A stretch of DNA of 62,693 nt, counting the filler, from Collodictyon triciliatum (taxonomy: Eukaryota): NCBI GenBank assembly GCA_043381765.1. It is 9 parts of 9 records of this genome, joined end to end, with 100 filler letters (N's around TTAATTAATTAA, not from the genome) between each part and the next. Parts side by side here need not be neighbours in the genome. Positions count along the whole stretch, not along the records: positions 21,493 to 28,998 come from JBHJMP010003862.1; positions 29,099 to 36,604 come from JBHJMP010003863.1; positions 36,705 to 44,210 come from JBHJMP010003864.1; 6 more parts are not named here. One strand, written 5' to 3'. A program made the translations under genes and the position numbers. Positions 27,293 through 37,008 of this stretch are shown piece after piece (the stretch's first letter is position 1; each line of letters opens with the position of its first letter). Under the pieces are notes generated by a model. It was not told the origin of the DNA and did not search any database. It saw nothing but the letters and a program-made list of their open reading frames with translations.

Positions 27293-28783
27293 ATGAGGCC
27301 ATCCTTACTCACGGTCGTGGTCATCGCCACTATGGTGATGCTTGGCTTACTTGCGTTCTTGTTCTTTTCTCCTCTTCGAGTATTCTCTCCATGGCAGAAC
27401 CACCCACCCACTCTAACCTCCAACATGCTCCACGAAGGTCAGCCCATTAATCTCTTTAGCAAATTCTTTGCTGGTCCCAATCATAACGGTGCCATGAATG
27501 GCAACCCAGTCATCAACCCAACTCTAATCCCCGATCCAAATCCCGACCCTTATGGTGATCCTATTCAAACTGCTGTCCCTCTTCCAAACGTTGGTGACCA
27601 AAACCAAAACCACAATCATAATCACAACCCTGCAAATCCCAAGAAAAAAAAACACAAAAAGAAGCAGAAGCCTGCTATAACAAAGCAACCCCCAGCCAAT
27701 AACCTCCCAAAGGCTAAACCAATCAATCAAACAGAACTTCCATTTGAAACACGACCAGTTCCAAAATATTTACAGAACCACATCTGGGGACCAAATGCGA
27801 TAACAAAAACGTTTGCGTGTCCAACACCAATCAATATGACCTCTGTTCGTTCATCTCCCCCTGCGGACTGGTTTTCAAGCTATGTGACCGACATCACTCT
27901 CTGCTACTGCGAACTCTGGTCTTTTTACATAGAACACGTGAGAGCTTTTCATGGGGAAACAGGACTGGAAGGATTTCAAGCTCTATTGTCCCGAATAAAC
28001 TCGGAATTCCGCTCCACTAACCTTAATGTCTTTGCCAATCTGTCCCCAAGGAGCAAGTACTACATGGACATTCTTCGCTCTGTTTCCGAACAGATCTACA
28101 TCGATGTTGGATCCAACCCAATTCGAAATGTTAAGGTCCTGCAAGCCCTCGAGCCGATTGGGAAAAGATTCCTGTTTTTTGAGCCAAATCCCATGAAACA
28201 TCGCCTCATTCACACGGCCATACAAAGAGAAAAAAGAGTAAAGCTGATTTCTATCGCACTCTCAGACTCGTCGGGCCATATGAGCCTGGACTCTATCTCT
28301 TTTCATAGTGCTGGAAATTTTGCTGCCACCCCGCCAGCCACAACTGGATTTATTGTAAATGTAACAACCTTGGATGAATATCTTCTCAAAGAAAATCTCA
28401 ACCACATCCCCATCCCAATCCTCAGTATAGACACCGAGGGATATGACGTTGCAATACTAAGAGGCGCAAGAGATACACTGGGCCGTGTTCGAATGGTACT
28501 GTTTGAGTGTCACCGCCTTATGAGGCCCAATTTACCCCAAAGCCCAGGAGGGTCTCATTTCGAGGTTCAGGAGCTGCTTGGAGAATATGGCTTCATGACT
28601 TTCAAAATGAGCAAGACTCAATGGATCCCGTTCACTGGTCACTGGTATCATGTGGCGGTGGATACACCTATTCAAATGGGGTGGGACAAGTGTATTGCTC
28701 TCCGGCATGACGACCCTTTCTTGGACCGTGTATGGCCGGAACACAACACACTGAAATCATGCCAATATAAAGCTCCGAAATAA
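27293..28783 (+). CDS. FkbM-family (Methyltransf_21) SAM-dependent methyltransferase with an N-terminal signal anchor; intronless
   Basis: Transmembrane segment LLTVVVIATMVMLGLLAFLFF, a Pro/Asn/Lys-rich stem, then YIDVGSN, FFEPNP, IALSD, VTTLDEYL, ILSIDTEGYDVAILRGA and VLFECH. Confidence 0.85.
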   Translation: MRPSLLTVVVIATMVMLGLLAFLFFSPLRVFSPWQNHPPTLTSNMLHEGQPINLFSKFFAGPNHNGAMNGNPVINPTLIPDPNPDPYGDPIQTAVPLPNVGDQNQNHNHNHNPANPKKKKHKKKQKPAITKQPPANNLPKAKPINQTELPFETRPVPKYLQNHIWGPNAITKTFACPTPINMTSVRSSPPADWFSSYVTDITLCYCELWSFYIEHVRAFHGETGLEGFQALLSRINSEFRSTNLNVFANLSPRSKYYMDILRSVSEQIYIDVGSNPIRNVKVLQALEPIGKRFLFFEPNPMKHRLIHTAIQREKRVKLISIALSDSSGHMSLDSISFHSAGNFAATPPATTGFIVNVTTLDEYLLKENLNHIPIPILSIDTEGYDVAILRGARDTLGRVRMVLFECHRLMRPNLPQSPGGSHFEVQELLGEYGFMTFKMSKTQWIPFTGHWYHVAVDTPIQMGWDKCIALRHDDPFLDRVWPEHNTLKSCQYKAPK

Positions 28784-28798
28784 GGGAACATCACGAAA

Positions 28799-28848
<50 letters not shown>

Positions 28849-29098
28849 TCCATCGAACAACTGGATATGTTCTAGGATAAACAACGGACCAAGCATATGT
28901 CCACATTTTTTTTTTCGTTTTTTTTTCTCTTCTGCTGTGTGCCTTTTTTTTTTCTTTTTTGTCTTGTTCCCCTTTGTGCCCCCGTCCCTACCTTTTTTNN
29001 NNNNNNNNNNNNNNNNNNNNNNNNNNNNNNNNNNNNNNNNNNTTAATTAATTAANNNNNNNNNNNNNNNNNNNNNNNNNNNNNNNNNNNNNNNNNNNN

Positions 29099-30488
29099 TA
29101 CAGAGGCCACTGTGCGTCTGATACCAAAGAAAGGAAACTCGAGCAATCTTGCAGACTGGCGGCCAATATCACTGTTGAATAACGACTACAAGATATTTAC
29201 GACGCTACTCAGAAATCGCATATCACCCATCGCTGACGAACTCATATCCAAAGAGCAGATTGGTTTCATGAACGGAAGGAACATCAACACAAACATCTGG
29301 GTTGTCAAAAAAGAGTACATGGAATATCAAGTAAGTGGGATATCCCGTGGTATGATTTTCTACGACCTGGAGAAAGCATACGACTATGTGAACCACGAAG
29401 CACTGGAAACCATCCTACATAAAAGAGGCTTCTGCGCCGGATTCACCGGCCTTATCAAGAAATTGCACGACAGTCCAACAGCGAGGATACTCACGGCACA
29501 CGCACCTACGGATGCAATCCAAAGACAGAGCGGGGTGTATCAAGGCTGCCCACTTGTACCACTGCTCTTCAACTTTGTCTCGTAAACTGCCTTGCAAACC
29601 ACTTCCGAAACGAAAACAAGGTACGCAACCAACTGGTACTTCAATATGCAGACGACACAGCATTCATCTTGCGGTCTCCCGAAGGCGCCATACTCGCCAA
29701 CAAATGCATGCAAGAATACACACGAGCTGTCGGTGGGAAAATCAACTACGAAAAGACAGATGGAATTCTTTTTTGGGTTTCAGGATGGACTTATGTTTCC
29801 AGGAACATTGTGTGGAAGCTACCGTCACACCCACTCCAGCATCTTGGTATCATCTTCGGTCCACAATCGGATAACAAATGGACAAGCCTGGTTGAGGGCA
29901 TCAAGTCGAAAATATCAGTGTGGAGCAGCTTTAAGTGCTAACATGCTCAAAAAGTGACAGAATCCACCCACAAGATGCTCTCTAAGCTTGATTATGCTCC
30001 TAACCGCCTCAGCGCACCCGACATTCTGTTTTGCAAGCAAAGTGCCAAATGACCCACGACTCTAGAATACTCTGGACAATCACAAGGGGACATATTCTGT
30101 GCGTACTTCTGGAGTGTGCGCGCATTCTCTCGCTCTAATGATTCGACCGAACGAGAAATCAATGTATCCAGGCTTGAAAGCCTCTTGCAATACAGCTTCC
30201 CGAGCAGCCTGCTGAAACACGCCCGCATTCTTCGCTACTCTGACCGCAAGCGAAGAGAGATGTGGGAATGTGTCATAAGATATCTCCCACAACATATCCA
30301 ACCCTGCTACCCACGCAACCAATCAACCAGTTGGGACGCCCGCCTGACCAACTCGCTCTCACTGATATCTTTCCATCGATATAATCCTTTCGGTAGTCTC
30401 TTTTATGCGCCTACTCTACTGCGCGTGCCTATCTCACCCTTTGTATGGCATAACCTCGCAGCACTTTGAATCGAATAAAGGGGGAAAT
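29099..30488 (+). mobile_element. Degenerate non-LTR retrotransposon (L1/Tx1-like): reverse transcriptase region and 3' end
   Basis: LIPKKG..WRPISLLNNDYKIF, QIGFMNGR, DLEKAYD.VNH, GVYQGCPL.PLLF, then a frameshifted LQYADDT, GGKINYEKT and HLGI. Stops and frameshifts are present. The element ends in CTTTGAATCGAATAAAGGGGGAAA. Confidence 0.93.
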
Positions 30489-30520
30489 ATGGAATGAAAC
30501 TTCAGCTAAACCAGCACAAA

Positions 30521-30593
<73 letters not shown>

Positions 30594-31327
30594 TAATCAC
30601 GAATGACTCACTCTTGAAGGCGTATTCCTTCGGTCACGGCGAATGCGAAAGAAAAAAATTTGCTTTATCCTTAACTTGATGAACCAAAGTAACTGCGACC
30701 TATACAAAAAGAAGCGTTTAAATATTACCAGAAGAGTTTGAAGAAAGAAATGAAAAAGAGGCCACCTCGTTCAAATACCTTTTGTGGCTAAGTCGAATTG
30801 TATTTGATGTTGAAAATCCCAGAACCTCTTCCTCTTCATCTGGAGTGTTTTTAGTGATAAGCTGCTCTCAGTGCCAAAATAACTTCAAAAAATAAATGGT
30901 ATAAAAGATGGTTTTCGTAATCATCACGATTCTTTGTAGTTATATCCCAAACCTTTTTTTACTGGTCGTTACAAATGCATTTTTTTTTAAAAAAAAAACA
31001 CTGCTTCACAAAAGCCTAGGAAAGTAAGTAAAATTGCAAGTTCAAACCTTGGGTATAGTTTACCAAAAGAAGGCCGATGTGATGGAATTCAAAGCTGTCA
31101 ATTCTTCACACCACCCACTTATATCTGCGCATAAAATAAATCTACCTTATTTCATACTACACTTGGAATCTTCCCAGTTAGTGTAATGAGATTAATCAGT
31201 GTACGGAATACTTTGGAAGCAGAAAAACAGAGACAAGGCAGCATTGAAGCATAACGAATTGGTATTTTGTAAGACATTTATTTGCTGTTTATTCCATAGA
31301 GTCATTTTCCTGTTTTTCTTTCACATT

Positions 31328-34300
31328 TCAATCAGTGGACTTCTCTTCGCTGTCGTCATCTTCTTCATCGTCTCCGTCTTCGTCTGCAGTTTGAATCTTG
31401 CGCCCATTTCGCTTTTCACCTTTTCTTGTGTTGGTACTGTTGCTTTCATCTCTGCCATCATCTGTATCGTCATCAGTGTCGCTGTCACTGGAATCATCAG
31501 CACCATCAACTCCTTCCTCAGGGTCATCATCTTCAAAGTATTTGACAGGCTTCTTCTTCACCTCATCTTCGACCAGAACCTAGCACAAATACAACTCAAT
31601 ATTTTTCTAACTTTCAAGTTAATTCGAAATGTAATGTGCGGATGTAGACTCTTTATATTTTCATGTGTTTGTTGTTATTTCTGTCATGTGGCCATGGTTC
31701 AAAATAGTCCATTCATGACAGTTAATTGCAAACCTTGAAGTTTACTTCATAGTCGATTCCAACATAAGAGTCGCACTTGACATAGAGTTTGAACTCTTGC
31801 TCTCCTTTCTAAAAAAAAAAAAAAAATAGCCATTAACAGCGGCTTATTCCAAAAGGATTCAAGCGTATGCTTCATATAGAAATATAGTGTGTGACTGCGT
31901 CTTTTAAATTATTATATTCGCGCATTCTTCTTTGAATCGAATAAAAGAAAAAAATATTCGCGCATTCTTACCTGCGAAGGAGCCTCAAATGGAAGAACAG
32001 AGATAAAGTCCAAAAATATCTGTCATAGACAAGAGATAAAGAATTTTTTTCCTTAAACCCCCACAGGAAAATAAGGTTGTAGACAAATCGATGAGAAGAT
32101 AAGTACACGCACAAATGAGCGTTCACTTGATTTACAGTCCTAATGCAACACATAATCAAAAATAGCATAATTGCCTCTTCTCCTTGGAATTTAGCTCCGG
32201 TAAACTTCTTCAACGCACGAAGAGAATGTTTTTCATCACGGAATGTGGCTATGACTGACTCTGACCTTGCTTTAAAAACCGTTCTCATCTGAGGAGAAAA
32301 AAATAAGAGGTGATTTACAATATACTATTTGATTGGTCTAATGTTGGTTGTGTATTTTTTTTTTGTTTCTTTTCAACAGTTTATTGAGAGAAATGTTGGT
32401 TGTGTATTAATATCATTAAATTCATTCAAGAACCTTAACTTCCGTATCCACTTCATAAAACATCGCTTCTAGTCCTCTTTCAATCTGGAAGTTGTTCAAA
32501 TATGCCTTCACAGCCTCCTTATTGATGCCCTAGATTGTTGATTGTTATAATAAAAAAAAATTACTTGGAATAAAAAGTCGTTAAAAAGCATGACAAAAAA
32601 TTATGAAATATTGAACTTAGAACCTCCATTTGCTTTGATGAATCCTCCTCGCTGGCGATTGAGTTCATTTTCTCCAAAACGCTTTCAACTGTCATCTTTA
32701 GAGAGGAGTATAAATTGTTGAAAATTTTTTTACAAAAAATGTATAATATACATATACTTGTAAACAAGATTTGATCTTAAATTGCTGTGAATTATATTAT
32801 TACCAAGATAAACCACAAAAACAGCAAATAAAAATTTTAAAAAAAAAGTATAACATACATCTTTGATGTCAGACGATTTTTCGTTGAAAATAATCATGGC
32901 AGCTTCACTGAAGATGGACCGTTGGTATGGAGTAAGAGTTGTGCCCTTCTGGTGCAAATCTGCAGGGTGCTATAAAAAATTCCAAATAAAAAGTATTAAA
33001 ATATGCAAATGTATCTTGAACTGTAAATATTAATTGACGAGCAAGTGGCTTTGTAAGAAAAGTGGACAGCTTATCAGTACCATCACTTTGACTCCTCGAA
33101 TCCAAATCATAGTCGACGGTTGAGGACCAACAATGTCGTTGAATTCATAGTCGTGTCGCAAGTCAACAACAACTGGCGGGCTTTGCATCTGAAAGTAATT
33201 AAGATTTAAAATAAACATTTTACTACCAAGATGCAGGGGAAGAAAGTAGTTTCATAATTAAATCAAAAAAAAAAAAGAGAAAAAAAGAGAGAAAAAGGAT
33301 TCTACATAAAAAATGGTGGCACTAACTCAAGCAAAACTTAAACACAAAGAGAAAGCATAATCACAGCACACCCTTCCAGATAGACGATTTCCGATCATAA
33401 GCCACCATTTTGATTTCCTCTCGAATGGGTAATGCGGGGAATGAACAGGATAGTTTTCACTTTTCTTGGAAACGGCTTCATCCTGATAAGCGATAATGAG
33501 TTAAAAATATTTCATTAAATATGTATTAAATTAATTGATAACTAGTCCAAAAGTGGTAGATTTGGAAACTGTATCTACTCTCGTCGCGTAATAAAAAAAA
33601 GGAAAAAAATTCAAAACTGAAAAACTGACCTTGAGCAGGACATACAACATAGCAATAGAATTTGGGGTAATTGTGTCTTCATCCACAACCATCGCCACGG
33701 TATCCAAGACAACCTGAAAAATAAAAATAAATCATTTACCATACACCCTATCTCAACCCATTTCGAACCACAATCTCAACAGGACTGTGAAAATTCTATG
33801 AAATGTTACCCTAGGATAGTTACGAGCCACAGAGTGGATGTATGCAGCCTTTTGCAGTTAAGGCGATGAGTCACAAAGTTTGAAGCGATTGAGGGTTTCT
33901 TACATTAATATACATAAACAAAGAAAATAGAAGCTACTTGTTCGGGCTTCAAGTCATTGAATTCTTCAGCAACTTTTTTCAAGTCAAGGTCGGCTATACT
34001 GTGAATTGTCTTGAGTTTCTTCCTAAATTCAAATAATATAAGGATATTTCCATAGAAGGATAAAGAAAAAAACTGCATATCATGCACCAGTCAAAGTGAC
34101 TAACTTAAAGCCCTTGGAATCAGAAAAAGGCATCTGCAAGAAATCTTTGTCTGTATCCCACAATCCTACACAACCCATATTTTAGTTCACAAATCCCGAT
34201 AATTAGAACGGAAGAGAATAAGAAGTAGAAAAAAAAAAAGAGAAATAAAAAGCTTCCCTCATGTGAATATGAAGGAATCGACGTACCTTGAATCAGCATT

Positions 34301-36411
34301 TGATTAAAAGTAAGGACGTTTAGCACAAGCCCCATTAATTGACCCTCTTGGCCTCTGGCAGACATACACTTTCCAGTACAAATTCCAATCTGAATCAGAT
34401 GATAGATTGATACGAATATTTTTGAACGTGAGGTTCATGTCTAAATTTAATTATTATACATAAAGTATGGCTATTCTATGAAGAAAAATGCCTTGAAAAG
34501 AATTGGATGTAAGTCTCATGATATAAAGCCCAACCATCGCTTCGATTAGCTTTGGTGAGTGGTTTAGAATGAAATGAAGGTCTCCTTTAGAGTCTTTAGG
34601 CAGCTCATAGCGCGAGAAGTGCGCATGTAGTAACGTCACTACTTTGATAATCTGAAATGGTGGTATGTATTATGGAGGAATCGAAGTAATTTCAATATAA
34701 TTAATTCCATGGTTGGCTCAGCTTCATACCATGGGGATGTGCTTCAGATCAGACGTCAATACAACCCCGAGGTCTTTTTGAATTTTGGGGATAATCTGTC
34801 ATCAAGTAAGGGTGAGTGGCCTGGAACTGCGGTATCTCATTCAAGATTTAAAAAAAATAACTAGGAGCTGTGGATTGGATTAAGGTGAGAACCTTATTGT
34901 CCGATTCCCTCATGGGTATATCTTTATATTCAAGTGCCATAGCATACACTAGGTTATTGAAGATTTAATTTGTGGGGTTCAGCTCAATTGATAGCGCAGA
35001 ATGTATTTAAAATGAACCAGGCCCACCTTCAATCAGTTTCTTGATTGGCATGAATCCATTCAATCGTGCATTGTACATCGCCATCGTGGGCATCAAGACC
35101 TGTTGTTCGTGCGTTAATTCGATTTCGAAATTAATGTGCATGAATTTATTGATGATAATTATTCTCGAGAATCATAGTAAAAAGGTAGATATTCCCCTCA
35201 ACGATAGTGTATATTCAGACCTCATTGTCGAAATAATCATTTTTTCTAAAGTAGTAGCACCCAACCACAGCAGGGATGAAAATCATAATGAAGGCACAAT
35301 ATACCTATATTATACATCGTTTTCGAATTAAGGAAAGAGCTTGATGGAGAAATAACATCCACTTAATTTAAAAAAATCGTGATAAAGTATTCGATTACCC
35401 CCATCACGAGTTTGGCGTTCTCAGCTTTGAGTAAAAATTCTGGAAGTGCAAGACCAACTTGAATTCCCTATGTAAATACAATGTGCAGAAAGGAAAACGA
35501 CCGATTTCGTGTTTACGTTTGATCTTTGCAGACAAATAATAACATACATTTGATTTTCCCGTGAGATCTTGAAAAAACTATTTTCTCAATAGATAGATAT
35601 GGTGAACATGAAAGTACCTGATAACCATCTGGGTTTCCATACTTTTCATAATTCTTTGCAGCTTCTTCGTCCAAAAGAACATCGCGAGCTTTGCGCAGAT
35701 TTATAAACATTTTCTCGGCTTGTTCTTCGCTCATACTTCCTCGGACTTTATCCGGGTGATATAGAAGGCTGAGTTTACGGTATGCGCGATTGACATCCTG
35801 GAAACCAACCGGTAGAAGTGAACATGAGTGAGTAAGTCACATATCCATTTTGTGATGAAAGTGTTGAGAATCCTTGCATCGTAGAAAAAGAACCTCTTTG
35901 GAAGACATTGGAGAGACTCCAAGTATTTCGTATGGATCAAAAACTTCCTCGGCCACGGGGCTCGAATTATAAGCCAAATAGGCCAGGGAGAAGAAGAGGC
36001 TGAGAAGAGTGACATAGACGAGAAACTTCACCGAGAGAAACTCTTTGTTTCTTTCGCGGGTCTTCTTCTTCTGGACGAGCTCATTCTTGGTCTGTCCGTT
36101 GTTGTGTGTGTTCGATGTAAATAAGAGGAAGCAAAAAAAAAGGGGCAAAAAAAAAGGGGCAAAAAAAAGGGGCAAAAAAGGGATAGAAGCAAGTGCATCA
36201 AAGCGGCCGATTCTGTGCGTGGTACCTTGCAGTCGTCACAAAAGCAGTTTAAAGGCTGATCCTTCGAGAAGAAGGCTTTCACTCGTCGATACCAGGCAAG
36301 CGTAGCAGGCACAAGGTAGATGAGAAGGAGGGAAATGGAAAAGTAGTAGAAGGCCACAGTCGAGTAGTTTTTGCTGGACGAGGAATCGTGTGCGGGTTTC
36401 TCACGATTCAT
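31328..36411 (-). CDS. SEC63: Translocon subunit Sec63 (transmembrane segments, J domain, Sec63/Brl domain, acidic tail), multi-exon
   Basis: AFYYFSISLLLIYLVP, FDPYEILGV, YRKLSLLYHPDK, NYEKYGNPDG, GLALPEFL, VYQEDEAVS, AFPALPIREE, YVKCDSYVGID, and the D/E-rich C terminus ending at TGA 31328-31330. Confidence 0.93.
31930..31953 (+). mobile_element. 24-bp LINE 3'-end micro-insertion with a perfect 16-bp target-site duplication, in a SEC63 intron
   Basis: ATATTCGCGCATTCTT (31914-31929), then CTTTGAATCGAATAAAAGAAAAAA, then ATATTCGCGCATTCTT (31954-31969). Confidence 0.85.
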
Positions 36412-36920
36412 CTTGGCAAAGACTTCTGTGAAGGAGATTCAGAGTTGCGTCATGTTTTCTGTCTTTTTTTCTTTTTCTTTTCTTTTTCTTTTCTTTTTCT
36501 TTTTCTTTTTCTTTTTTACTTTTTTACTTTTTTACTTTTTTACTTTTTTACTTTTTTACTTTTTTACTTTTTTACTTTTTTACTTTTTTACTTTTTTACT
36601 TTTTNNNNNNNNNNNNNNNNNNNNNNNNNNNNNNNNNNNNNNNNNNNNTTAATTAATTAANNNNNNNNNNNNNNNNNNNNNNNNNNNNNNNNNNNNNNNN
36701 NNNNAAAAACAGGCTGTTGGGTCTCATCTGGCAGCCTTCACCACTACGCAATCTTCGTGAAAAAAATGGTGAGACCTTGAATTCTAGCGCACCAGGTTTA
36801 CCAATCGAAAGATTTTATACTCCTAGTAAAAAAAATATAAAAGGGAAAAAGAATGCACATTCCATATCCTTTATTTCATGTCATGCTATCCATATCGAGG
36901 TTTTGGCTGAGATTGATTTT

Positions 36921-36997
<77 letters not shown>

Positions 36998-37008
36998 TTC
37001 ATAGGAAC

